Below the pieces are notes generated by a model that was given only the letters and a program-made list of their open reading frames with translations, was not told the DNA's origin and did not search any database. A stretch of 60,162 bases of DNA from Burkholderiales bacterium. Lineage in GTDB: Bacteria > Pseudomonadota > Gammaproteobacteria > Burkholderiales > Casimicrobiaceae. The translations under genes and the position numbers were made by a program. The DNA lies in assembly GCA_043757535.1 (NCBI GenBank), contig JAYVPF010000186.1:1-60162 (forward strand), written 5' to 3'. This document shows, piece by piece, positions 39,381 through 48,181 of this stretch (position 1 is its first letter; every line of letters begins with the position of its first letter).

Positions 39381-41723
39381 ATGAGCGAAAGACCCCGTAC
39401 ACGCGTCACGCGCAAACAAGCCGAGCCATCGCAGGAAGTTAGCGTTGAAAGTGCAACCCTTGCGCCGTACCTGATTCGCTTTTATCTCGCCACCGCCAAC
39501 GTCAAGGCCGAAGCACTGAATTTGGAAATCTACAACCATTTGATAGGTCAAATCGTATGGCCCGCCGATGCGATACGCACTGTCTCTGCCTGCTTCCCAA
39601 AGTCGGAGGACGAGGACGATGGCATCTCCCCGCACTGGTTGTCACGTCGCGGCGAAGACCAAAGTCTCACTCAGTACCCGCCGCCCGTTCACCCGGTTGA
39701 TAAATTCCTGTCCGAGCGGAACCGCCCCTTCCACACAGCACTTCAAATGCTCTACGACAAGCGTCGCGACTGGCTGAGAAACACGTTAATCCTATCACTG
39801 GCCACCTGCCAGCAAACTCAAAACACGCTAGATCAAACGAAGATCGAGCGCCTACGCGCAGTCGGCAAAACATTCGACTGGAGCAGCGACGACTTGGCGT
39901 GCGCAGCGCTCGCACTGCACAGCGCCGAGTACATGAGTTTGTGCGAATGGTTGGATCAACTTCCCGACGTCGGGCGCGACGCAGCGCTTGCGTACAGCCG
40001 CGTGATCGGTATTGATCGCCCGCGCCTACGAACCTGCTTTCGACCGGCAGGAGCGCTAGCAACCTCAGGCCTCTATCTGACGCAACGGGGACGCACGCAC
40101 ACACAATCGTTTAGCGACCCACCGCAGCTCCACCCGAAGCTGATCGCCGCGCTGGACAACAACGATTTTGACGCCACAAAACTCACCGACTTGCTTTTTA
40201 ACCGTGGCCAACCGTCCACGCTGGATGACGAAGACTTCAGCCACCTGCTAGCAGAATCAGCGCCCCTTGCGAAGCTATTGCGGAAGAGCGCCAGCCAGCA
40301 AGAAAAAGGCATCAACCTGCTGATCTACGGCCCGCCCGGCACCGGCAAGACCGAGTTCGCCCGCTGGCTTGCCGCCGCCGCAGGTTTGCGATCGTTCGAG
40401 GTTCCAACCATCGACCCCGATGCGGAAGGCGGATCAACCGAGCCCATCAATGATCGCCTCGGACTCGTGCGCAGTTCTCAGCGCCTCATGCGAGGCAGCT
40501 TTGACGCGCTTTTGATGTTTGACGAAGCCGAAGACGCGTTTCCGGTTCCCGCCGCATGGTTTAGTTTTATGGTTTCACCCGGCGAAAAGACGGGTCACGC
40601 AGGATCGCGCAAAGCATGGATCAACCAACTACTCGAGGAAACGCCGGTTCCCATCATCTGGATCAGCAACACGATTGACCATGTTGATCCCGCGTTCCTG
40701 CGACGCTTCACCTACCACCTTGAAATGCGTCGCCCGAGCCAGCGTGTTCGGTTGCGCATCGCACATCGGCATGCACACGCGCTAGGGCTTGACAGCACCG
40801 TCGGCGAATCGCTCGCTGCGTACTCGGACGCCAGCCCCGCCGCTATTGGCAGCGCCCTCAGGTTCGCGTTACTTGCCGGTGCAGCCTCAAGCGAGTGCGA
40901 AACCACAGCAAAGTCAACTGAAAACAGCATTACCCAACAGCAGCAACTCGCCGAGCGGAGCCTGCGTGCTGGGCTAGCGGCGGCAGGGCTAAAGGACCGA
41001 GTCGACAGTCGCCTTATGCCCACGCGCTACGAACCAACGCTGATCAACATCGGGAACGGCATCACGCCGGACACCTTGCTCGAAAACATGCAACGCAACC
41101 GGGCCGTCAGTCTGTGTCTCTACGGGGTTCCCGGCACCGGAAAAACCAGCTTTGCCGAACACATCGCCGAACGACTGGATAAGCCACTGATCTATCGCCG
41201 CGCCTCCGATCTGCAAAGCAAATGGCTGGGCGGAACTGAGAAAAACCTGCGCGCCATGTTCGCCGAAGCGCAGTCAGAAAACGCGGTACTGCTACTCGAT
41301 GAAGCCGACTCATTCCTGTTCGACCGTACCCGCGCCGAGCACTCGTGGGAGCGCAGCCAAGTTAACGAGCTGCTGCAAGGCATGGAGCGCTTTGAGGGTA
41401 TCTTCATTGCCGCCACCAACCTGATCGATACGCTCGACAAGGCTGCGCTACGACGGTTTGCCTACAAGCTCGAATTTCTGTCGCTGACACGCGAGCAAAG
41501 GCACCGAATGTTGCGAAGCTTGATCTCGGAAGACGTCGATGAATTGGCTCTTGCGAAGCTTGATCGAATGGATGGACTAACCGCAGGCGACTTTGCGGTG
41601 ATGGCGCGACAACAAAAACTATCGAATGGCCCAATTTCCACAGCAAAAATGATCGAACAACTTGAGGCGGAGCTATTGTTGCGTGAGCCGAGGCGTGGGC
41701 GAGTTATTGGGTTTGTTGCTTGA
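39381..41723 (+). CDS. tandem AAA+ ATPase with uncharacterised N-terminal domain
   Basis: Two modules: GPPGTGKT/FDEAE/AFLRRF and GVPGTGKT/LDEAD/AALRRF; ends in IGF; AGGAG before ATG 39381. Confidence 0.9.
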   Translation: MSERPRTRVTRKQAEPSQEVSVESATLAPYLIRFYLATANVKAEALNLEIYNHLIGQIVWPADAIRTVSACFPKSEDEDDGISPHWLSRRGEDQSLTQYPPPVHPVDKFLSERNRPFHTALQMLYDKRRDWLRNTLILSLATCQQTQNTLDQTKIERLRAVGKTFDWSSDDLACAALALHSAEYMSLCEWLDQLPDVGRDAALAYSRVIGIDRPRLRTCFRPAGALATSGLYLTQRGRTHTQSFSDPPQLHPKLIAALDNNDFDATKLTDLLFNRGQPSTLDDEDFSHLLAESAPLAKLLRKSASQQEKGINLLIYGPPGTGKTEFARWLAAAAGLRSFEVPTIDPDAEGGSTEPINDRLGLVRSSQRLMRGSFDALLMFDEAEDAFPVPAAWFSFMVSPGEKTGHAGSRKAWINQLLEETPVPIIWISNTIDHVDPAFLRRFTYHLEMRRPSQRVRLRIAHRHAHALGLDSTVGESLAAYSDASPAAIGSALRFALLAGAASSECETTAKSTENSITQQQQLAERSLRAGLAAAGLKDRVDSRLMPTRYEPTLINIGNGITPDTLLENMQRNRAVSLCLYGVPGTGKTSFAEHIAERLDKPLIYRRASDLQSKWLGGTEKNLRAMFAEAQSENAVLLLDEADSFLFDRTRAEHSWERSQVNELLQGMERFEGIFIAATNLIDTLDKAALRRFAYKLEFLSLTREQRHRMLRSLISEDVDELALAKLDRMDGLTAGDFAVMARQQKLSNGPISTAKMIEQLEAELLLREPRRGRVIGFVA

Positions 41724-41983
41724 CTCCTTTCCCGCTACAAACTTACTGCCGCCGTCATCCTCGCGAGCACAGCACTCAGCCCTTCCCCGAGGAAGCCGGT
41801 TTACCGCCAACTGGGTCTCGTGAAGCTATACATTAAAGCCTCGAAAGCAAAGAGCGAGGTAGTGTGGGTCATACACACATGCGAGATCGGCCAGCGCTGA
41901 GCAACATGTCAGATTTGACGCATTGGCGCACATTTAAGCTGATTTTTTTCCCATCGACATCGCACTTTCTGGAGAGTTCCATC

Positions 41984-42574
41984 ATGATTGTTCCCCCACC
42001 GTGGGTAGGCGATACCTACTCAATAAACAGCGTTCGTCTGTTGGTAGTCGGTGAATCACACTACGCAGGCGAAGACCTGCCCCCTGAAAACATCACATGT
42101 GATGTGGTGAATGGCTACGCGATAACCCCCGACCAAAATAATTTCTTTCGCCCCATCACAGAACTGCTTCGCTCGGGGACTGCACTTGGTCTATCGAGTT
42201 CCTCAAGTCCAAGCGAAGTCTGGCATCGAGTAGCCTTCGTTAACTTTGTCGTCGCGATATGTGAAGTTGCCAAGACCAGACCTACCGACGCAGCGTTTCG
42301 TGAGTCACTTGAGCCGTTCCGTAGCCGTGTTGAAATACTGAAACCAACGCATATTGCCTTCTTCTCCATCGCTTCGTGGAAGCAAATCCCAGATGATGAG
42401 GGTAGTTACGTTGCCTCGGAAAAATGCGATATTTTCGAATGGAAATACAGCGCTGGTGGGCGCGAATCTGCTACTTGCGGACGGTTCCCTCACCCTTCAC
42501 GAGGCTGGCTAGCTCGTGACCGGAACCCCTCAGTAGGTCGTCTTCAGCGCCTGCTCGAACCAAAACACGAATAA
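41984..42574 (+). CDS. uracil-DNA-glycosylase-superfamily-like hypothetical protein
   Basis: LLVVGESHY, AFVNF, LKPTHI and HPS motifs in UDG-fold order. Confidence 0.6.
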   Translation: MIVPPPWVGDTYSINSVRLLVVGESHYAGEDLPPENITCDVVNGYAITPDQNNFFRPITELLRSGTALGLSSSSSPSEVWHRVAFVNFVVAICEVAKTRPTDAAFRESLEPFRSRVEILKPTHIAFFSIASWKQIPDDEGSYVASEKCDIFEWKYSAGGRESATCGRFPHPSRGWLARDRNPSVGRLQRLLEPKHE

Positions 42575-42609
42575 CGACGTCCACGACCAGCGCTAGCTGA
42601 ATAGAAACG

Positions 42610-43040
42610 CTAAACAGACCGCGCAAACCTCAACGCCCTCACATCCACGAACGCATAGTGACGCCACGGATCAACGTCGGTGAAGTAATCGTTCAGCGCG
42701 CCGTCGAAACTGTCCGACTTTACAAGCTCACCGTCGAGGACCGTGAGTTCGGCGATGTGGTAGCGACTTATTTCCTTTGCGCCGATGCAAAGCAGATTGA
42801 GCGGCAGCTCAAAATAGCCATCGAAGTTGAAGATAATCGCTGCCGGCATCGGCAGCTCAGCGAACCTGTCGACCAGCTTTAAGCGCACGTCATCCAACGA
42901 TGCGACTAGATCACCGCCCTGCAATAGCGGCAACACGTTATCCACAACGAATTCGCTGCATTGCACTTTCATAAAGTCCGTGGATTCGGCATAGAACTCT
43001 TAGTCTGATTCCGCGACCAATGCGACGCTGATAGATTGCG
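42610..43040 (-). pseudogene. truncated DEDDh 3'-5' exoribonuclease-like gene
   Basis: In-frame upstream reading PQSISVALVAESD*EFYAESTDF..CSEFVVDNVLPLL..HYAFVDVRAL; internal TAA and missing N-terminal DxE motif. Confidence 0.6.
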
Positions 43041-43042
43041 GT

Positions 43043-43468
43043 CGCGCAGAACCTCAGGTCATCGAGGATTCAACCGAAGGAACGACGCGCGCCGCTTGGG
43101 TGGCGCAAAGAGTAGGTCAGCAAAAATTTCGACAGAAACTGGCGACAAAGTGGAATTACAGCTGCGCGGTGACCGGTATTACCGTCTTGGACACGCTGGT
43201 CGCTTCACACATCTTGCCTTGGGGGAGAAGCTCGGAAAAACAACGGCTCGATGTCAACAACGGACTGCTATTGGTCGCAAACCTTGACCGACTATTTGAT
43301 CGCAATTTAATCGCGTTCAAGGATAACGGTGCGCTAATTATTTCCAGTCGGCTTGGTTCCGTCGAACGCGATGCGTTCGGTCTAGGGATGTGGAAAAAAC
43401 TTCGAGTTACTCCTACAAAGGAAATGATTGGCTACCTTGCGATACATCGTCAGCAGCTTCGAACTTAA
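43043..43468 (+). pseudogene. HNH endonuclease C-terminal domain, probably 5'-truncated
   Basis: RVGQQKFR..CAVTG..LVASHILPW..RLDVNNGLLL..LDRLFD; in-frame stop at 43001; only a GTG at 43100 with no clear RBS. Confidence 0.65.
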
Positions 43469-43528
43469 CCATCGCTTGCATGTGAAGGCAATTCGATTGA
43501 TTAACGACCTGCGCAGTGCAACACGGGA

Positions 43529-43879
43529 TCACGCAGCCACAATCTGAAACTCTGTCGCGTTGGCGATAGGTCGAACCAGTCGGGTTGCTCGACACATTTC
43601 AACGATTCCGAAATGTGACATGGTCTTTGACATGCGCAAAAAGTTACCGGGCCTGCGCCCGGTGGCCGCGGCTAACGATGAGACCGATTCGGGTCGCGGG
43701 TCGCGAATGACTTCGAGCAAGGCTCGGTTGTCGTCGCTCAACACTTCCGCCAACGACTTCATGGACGTGAACCATACTTTTGGATCGCTCGGGCGCGGAT
43801 TGAGTTCGCCGCGTGCGATGGCGAGTACGCGTGCGCGGATTTGCGGCTGCGGCATGATGCCGATCTTGATAGCTTTCAT
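43529..43879 (-). CDS. HTH antitoxin-like regulator, diverged duplicate of 44580-44930
   Basis: 116 aa with 13 substitutions relative to the other copy. Confidence 0.7.
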   Translation of the reverse strand: MKAIKIGIMPQPQIRARVLAIARGELNPRPSDPKVWFTSMKSLAEVLSDDNRALLEVIRDPRPESVSSLAAATGRRPGNFLRMSKTMSHFGIVEMCRATRLVRPIANATEFQIVAA

Positions 43880-43919
43880 AGTTACATCAACTCCAGTAGC
43901 GTGCGGTCACCATGGCAAA

Positions 43920-44273
43920 TCAATTCCGTCCCTGCGCAATCCCCACTGCAAAAAGCGTCACTTCATCGACAGCATTGGTCGGCGCTTTGATGATGAAAGA
44001 GGCGTTGCGTTGCCGCCAGTCGAGGCTTTTCACCTGATCGGCGAGGACGTAGCTGGCCTTCGGTAAAAGCGTGGGCGGAAGCGCGACAACGAACGGGTAG
44101 GGCTTGAGTTGCGAGGTGATGGGGCAGAGCACGACGAGCGATGATCGTGCGTTGTATTTTTTGTCGGAGAGGATGAGTGCGGGTCTGCGTCCGGCTTGTT
44201 CGTGACCGGCCTGCGGGTCGAAATCTATCCAGACTACGTCACCGCGATGGGGCACGTACCTAGCGCTCACCAT
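43920..44273 (-). CDS. mazF: MazF/PemK endoribonuclease toxin
   Basis: YVPHRGDVVWIDFDPQAGHEQAGRRPALILS, CPITSQ, DQVKSLDW. Confidence 0.95.
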   Translation of the reverse strand: MVSARYVPHRGDVVWIDFDPQAGHEQAGRRPALILSDKKYNARSSLVVLCPITSQLKPYPFVVALPPTLLPKASYVLADQVKSLDWRQRNASFIIKAPTNAVDEVTLFAVGIAQGRN

Positions 44274-44515
44274 TCGACGATCTCGCTGCCGCGAGCGCTG
44301 CCAGCGCGGACTTCGTCAAAGCGATTGGCTGGCGTAATTTGGTCGTAGAGTGCGCCGAAATCGATTTCTTTGCGGACGCTTTCGATGATGAGCCGACCCT
44401 GACGCGAAACGCTCACTTCTACCGCATCACCTTCAAAGATTTTTGCTTTTTCGGCGACAGTGACGGGGATGCGGACAGCTAGGCTGTTACCCCAACGGGA
44501 GATGACTGCTGACAT
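44267..44515 (-). CDS. mazE: MazE/AbrB antitoxin
   Basis: RWGNSLAVRIP, C-terminal GSEIVEW, overlaps mazF. Confidence 0.93.
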   Translation of the reverse strand: MSAVISRWGNSLAVRIPVTVAEKAKIFEGDAVEVSVSRQGRLIIESVRKEIDFGALYDQITPANRFDEVRAGSARGSEIVEW

Positions 44516-44534
44516 GGAGCGAACCTCTTATTGG

Positions 44535-44549
44535 ATATACATTGTAGAT
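44535..44549. promoter_or_regulatory. mazEF operator-like palindrome
   Basis: ATCTACAATGTATAT (minus strand) ~20 bp before mazE; resembles the E. coli mazEF operator as recalled. Confidence 0.65.
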
Positions 44550-44579
44550 TTTATCGCCGCTAGCAAGCAGCGAGAACAA

Positions 44580-44930
44580 TCACGCCGCCACAATCTGAAA
44601 CTCAGTCGCGTTGGCGATAGGTCGAACTAGTCGGTTTTCTCGGCGCATTTCAACGATGCCATAGTTCGACATCGTCTTTAGCGTTCGTGACAAGTTGCCG
44701 GGCGTGCGCCCGGTGGCAGCAGCCAACGATGAGACCGATTCGGGTCGTGTGTCGCGTATGACTTTTAGCAAGGCCCGGTTGTCGTCGCTCAGGACCTCCG
44801 CTAGCGACTTCATGGACGTGAACCATACTTTTGGATCGCTCGGGCGCGGCTTGAGTTCGCCGCGCGCGATGGCGAGTACGCGTGCGCGGATTTGCGGCTG
44901 CGGCATGATGCCGATCTTGATAGCTTTCAT
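44580..44930 (-). CDS. HTH antitoxin-like regulator (HVO_A0114/TumA-like)
   Basis: WFTSMKSLAEVLS, SVSSLAAATGRTPGNLSRTLKTM wHTH; 2 bp downstream of toxin-like gene. Confidence 0.8.
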   Translation of the reverse strand: MKAIKIGIMPQPQIRARVLAIARGELKPRPSDPKVWFTSMKSLAEVLSDDNRALLKVIRDTRPESVSSLAAATGRTPGNLSRTLKTMSNYGIVEMRRENRLVRPIANATEFQIVAA

Positions 44931-44932
44931 AG

Positions 44933-45292
44933 TTACATCAACTCCAGTAGCGTGCGGTCAACATCATTGAAGAAATCTTCCAGCAATTGAAACGCGTTCT
45001 CGAATTCATACGGCACGCCCTTGTCCGAGATATGGCGGTGTTTGTGATCGAGCGCCATTCGACGCCCTGCAAACTTGAATTTCTTCGGTGGCTTCACGGC
45101 GTGCGCGTTGTCATAGCCAAGGATTCGTTTTCCGTACGGCTCGTGTAGCGTCAGGCTGTAGCGAATGCCGTGCGGGACATCTTTGGTGCGCTCAACGCGC
45201 CAAGCTTCAATTTTTATCCAGTAGCCGTTGCCTTGGTCAATGATTGAATCAGACAGGTCAAGCAGGGTGTCCAGACCGGGATCATCAATCAT
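44933..45292 (-). CDS. DUF6516/TumE-like toxin
   Basis: PHGIRYSLTLH, RILGYDNAH, DHKH, LLEDFF; alternative start 45307. Confidence 0.78.
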   Translation of the reverse strand: MIDDPGLDTLLDLSDSIIDQGNGYWIKIEAWRVERTKDVPHGIRYSLTLHEPYGKRILGYDNAHAVKPPKKFKFAGRRMALDHKHRHISDKGVPYEFENAFQLLEDFFNDVDRTLLELM

Positions 45293-45301
45293 TTTTGATT
45301 G

Positions 45302-45316
45302 TATCATCTGATGATA
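45302..45316. promoter_or_regulatory. palindrome upstream of TumE-like TA operon (candidate autoregulatory operator)
   Basis: TATCATC-T-GATGATA perfect inverted repeat. Confidence 0.55.
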
Positions 45317-45420
45317 TTTATGGAACTATCCTGACCTTGCTTAGCCGCTTTGCGGTTGCAAGTGATCGGCCATTCGCGGCGCAAAAAACTTGAAGTGACG
45401 CTTCGCGTGTATTGCACGAG

Positions 45421-45450
45421 CTGGATCCCCGCTTTCGCGAGGATGACGGC
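45421..45450. repeat. GTCATCCTCGCGAAAGCGGGGATCCAG-type repeat (single arm)
   Basis: CTGGATCCCCGCTTTCGCGAGGATGACGGC, near-identical to 52948-52977. Confidence 0.8.
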
Positions 45451-45482
45451 AGTTTGGGATGTGAACCGGTTGGCTCCGCAGC

Positions 45483-46472
45483 TCATTGAAGCAGTGCTTG
45501 CGGAGCCAACACCCTCGCGCCATCCCCCAACCCTCGCAACCACCAAACCAGTTGCTGCGACTTCACAACTGTTGCGGTCACGACACTTCTTCCGCGCACC
45601 TGCTTGATCGTTTGATCTATTGACAGCGGTGTCTCTTCGAGGATCAGGCGATGAAAGTCGGATACGGCGATTTTCAGGTTGATCAGTTTGCCTTCGCCGA
45701 AGCCGAATCGTCCTTCGTTGTCGTAGCGTTCGAGATCAAAATCGGTTGGGCGCTCAAACGGTCGGTGGGTATCGTTCGCGGATTGCATGCGGTGCAGCGC
45801 TAATGTGCGCTCGCTGTGCAGGCCGTGGAATCCTTCAAATCGACAGACCAGAAACAGTCGCACCCCCTGTTGCGCGAGGCCGAGTGGCATCACGTTTGCG
45901 TCTTGCTGTTTCCCTGTTGCATTGGTGTATTTGACCGTTAACCAGTGATCGTGAAAGAGCGCATCGCTGACGGCTTCGAATACGCTGGGTTGGATGGTGG
46001 GCGGGAGCAGCGGTTGTGTCACGGGAACGACGCGAATCTTTTTTAACCATGCGCGCTCCTTCTGCAATTTCGGCGTTTTTCCAGACGTGTCCAGATTGCG
46101 AAGGTTATTGTCGGCTTGCTCGAAGAATGCGGTCATCTCTTTGCGAACGCGTGCAGGCATTAGATTCGACAGGTGAGCTTGCCCCATCGCGAGCACCAGC
46201 GATTCGGTTGCAGAGAGCCCCGGCAACGACAGCGGTTTGGCTTGCAGTTTCCACTTGTAGCCGTACGGTTTGCTGCGCGTATCACGCTCGATGTCAAACG
46301 CTTCGGAGAGCATGTCGAGTTGCCGCTGCACGGTGCGCAAATCGCGCTTAATGCCATGCGCGTCGAGGCGATCCAGCATGTCGCGTGTGCTGACGAATTT
46401 GTTGCGCGGAATATGTTTGAGCAGTTGAAGCGCGAGCTGAAGCGTTTCTAGTCCGGGCGAGCGTTGCGGCAT
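45483..46472 (-). CDS. WYL-domain transcriptional regulator (wHTH-WYL-WCX)
   Basis: RDLRTVQRQL HTH, VMPLGLAQQG..LFLVC, RTLALHRM, LEETPLSIDQ, WWLRGLG. Confidence 0.92.
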   Translation of the reverse strand: MPQRSPGLETLQLALQLLKHIPRNKFVSTRDMLDRLDAHGIKRDLRTVQRQLDMLSEAFDIERDTRSKPYGYKWKLQAKPLSLPGLSATESLVLAMGQAHLSNLMPARVRKEMTAFFEQADNNLRNLDTSGKTPKLQKERAWLKKIRVVPVTQPLLPPTIQPSVFEAVSDALFHDHWLTVKYTNATGKQQDANVMPLGLAQQGVRLFLVCRFEGFHGLHSERTLALHRMQSANDTHRPFERPTDFDLERYDNEGRFGFGEGKLINLKIAVSDFHRLILEETPLSIDQTIKQVRGRSVVTATVVKSQQLVWWLRGLGDGARVLAPQALLQ

Positions 46473-46493
46473 TTTTTTTGATCTCTGTAGCGA

Positions 46494-48041
46494 TTAGGCA
46501 GTCGGCACTTTGCGGCCCGCCAACTTGGCCCACAGCACAACCATCGCATAACTATCGAGGCCGCAATAGGCCCTGAGTTGCAATTCGATTTCCGCTTTTC
46601 GCGTAGGCGTGGTTTTGGGGTGAATGGCTTCGAGGTATTTCTCTTGGGCTTGTGTGCCGTGTTGAACGCCGTCGAGCGCCGCGTAATCCAGCTCGGGCGC
46701 GATGGTGGGCAGCACGCTTTTGATGCTCCAGCTGCCTTGCTGGTCGCGGTGGTAGTAGTGGGCTTTGGTGATGGGATGCAGGTCAACAAGGCGGTCGGCG
46801 ATGCTCAGCATGGCAGCACTTTGGCGCGGCACGGCGACGGCGAGATGCTTAAGGCAGGCGTGCTCGAACGACATGTTGTACGCGAACACGGGAGCAGCGG
46901 CGCGGCCTCCACCGAATGCTTTCGCCAGCGCTCGCGCCATCGCGGGTCTTGGATCGTCGCCCGACACGTCGAGAAACTCGAAAGCAATCAGTTTTCCTGT
47001 CTTGTCGATTGCGTTTGCTGCGAATTGAAAAGGAACGTGTTGCTGATTGGGATGCGTCCCAACCCAACGTGGAACGGCGAAGCGGACGGTTTCGAAATCG
47101 AGAAACATCGGGGTGGTGCCTGCGGCCTTCAACGCCTTGCGACTTGCGGCTAAATCAAAGTGCGTTTCACCAGATATCGTGACGGTCTTCACGCGCTGTT
47201 GTTCGTCGTTAAGCAACTCGTCGTCCACGTTTCGCATATCGGGTTCGCGGGCTTTTTCTGAGAGGGTTGCGATACGGGTTTTGAGAGCGGTGGTTCGTAC
47301 GTTAGGCAACCACGTCACGGGGAATTTCGCGCCCGCTTTTGCCGGCACGAGCGATTGACAATGCCCGATGTAGCCGCATTCAAACGGCTCGGTGCAATGC
47401 GTGCCCATCGGGTGTTTCGGCTCGCGCGCAAGGGCTGCGAATGCGTGCGCGTCTGTCACCCAATGGGCGACTTGGTCTTGCCGAGCGAGCGCTGCGTCCG
47501 TCAAGTCAACTTCGGTGAACAGACCGTCGTAGTTGCTGTCGCCCATATAAGTCCACGTCTTGTCGAGGTGTGCCAGTTTGATGGATGCGAGAGAAAGGCC
47601 AGACTGCAGTGCAGCGTAGGCCTGAATAGCGACGTCGTCCTCGTGATACGGCTTCTTCTCGGTTGAGGATTTAACCTCGATCATTTGCCATGCGGTTGCG
47701 CCACCGCGCGATTTTGCGGGCATCATGATGTCAGCGAAGGCGAGTGCTCCGCCAGCGCGAAATCCGGCTTCGAAAATCGTCGCTGGCTTTGGCGCAGACA
47801 GGAGTGCTTTGCTGCGCTGGAATGCGGCGGCGAAACCGAGCGCTTCGATGTCTATCAGCTCAGCTTTGCCTTTTGGGTCGTAGCGCCGTTGTGCCAATTC
47901 ACCGACCTCATGGCCGCTGGTGAAACTTCGCTCGACGGCGGCGCTGTTTTCGCGCATCGAGGGCATATTGACTTCAAGCCACAGCCGCTTCGGGCAGATG
48001 CGAAAAGCAACGAGTTTGGATTTGGAGAGATGTTTAGCCAT
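46494..48041 (-). CDS. DUF2779-type protein (PD-(D/E)XK nuclease-like plus DEDD/RNase H-like domain)
   Basis: LSKS..CPKRLWL, ADIM..IEVKSST, DVAIQAY, C-x5-C-x5-C; FLDFET, YNMSFE, SWSIKSVLP, YCGLDS. Confidence 0.85.
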   Translation of the reverse strand: MAKHLSKSKLVAFRICPKRLWLEVNMPSMRENSAAVERSFTSGHEVGELAQRRYDPKGKAELIDIEALGFAAAFQRSKALLSAPKPATIFEAGFRAGGALAFADIMMPAKSRGGATAWQMIEVKSSTEKKPYHEDDVAIQAYAALQSGLSLASIKLAHLDKTWTYMGDSNYDGLFTEVDLTDAALARQDQVAHWVTDAHAFAALAREPKHPMGTHCTEPFECGYIGHCQSLVPAKAGAKFPVTWLPNVRTTALKTRIATLSEKAREPDMRNVDDELLNDEQQRVKTVTISGETHFDLAASRKALKAAGTTPMFLDFETVRFAVPRWVGTHPNQQHVPFQFAANAIDKTGKLIAFEFLDVSGDDPRPAMARALAKAFGGGRAAAPVFAYNMSFEHACLKHLAVAVPRQSAAMLSIADRLVDLHPITKAHYYHRDQQGSWSIKSVLPTIAPELDYAALDGVQHGTQAQEKYLEAIHPKTTPTRKAEIELQLRAYCGLDSYAMVVLWAKLAGRKVPTA

Positions 48042-48061
48042 CTCGCTAGGTTAGCGGAGGC

Positions 48062-48080
48062 TGCGACAGAATGTGTCGCA
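48062..48080. promoter_or_regulatory. perfect palindromic operator upstream of the DUF2779-WYL operon
   Basis: TGCGACA-GAATG-TGTCGCA, 20 bp from the ATG at 48041. Confidence 0.75.
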
Positions 48081-48181
48081 CTCGAACCGCATGCGATGGG
48101 TATTGGCGGCTACGGCCGGATGCTCACGAGGCGGGCAGTGCCCGCCCTACGCAACTACGGATTACCGGTTGACGCACAACG

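Noticed and set aside
43462-43520. Integron attC site after the HNH remnant (ACTTAAC matches RYYYAAC)
   Set aside because: No matching GTTRRRY core, no extended inverted repeat, no repeated attC and no integrase in the window.
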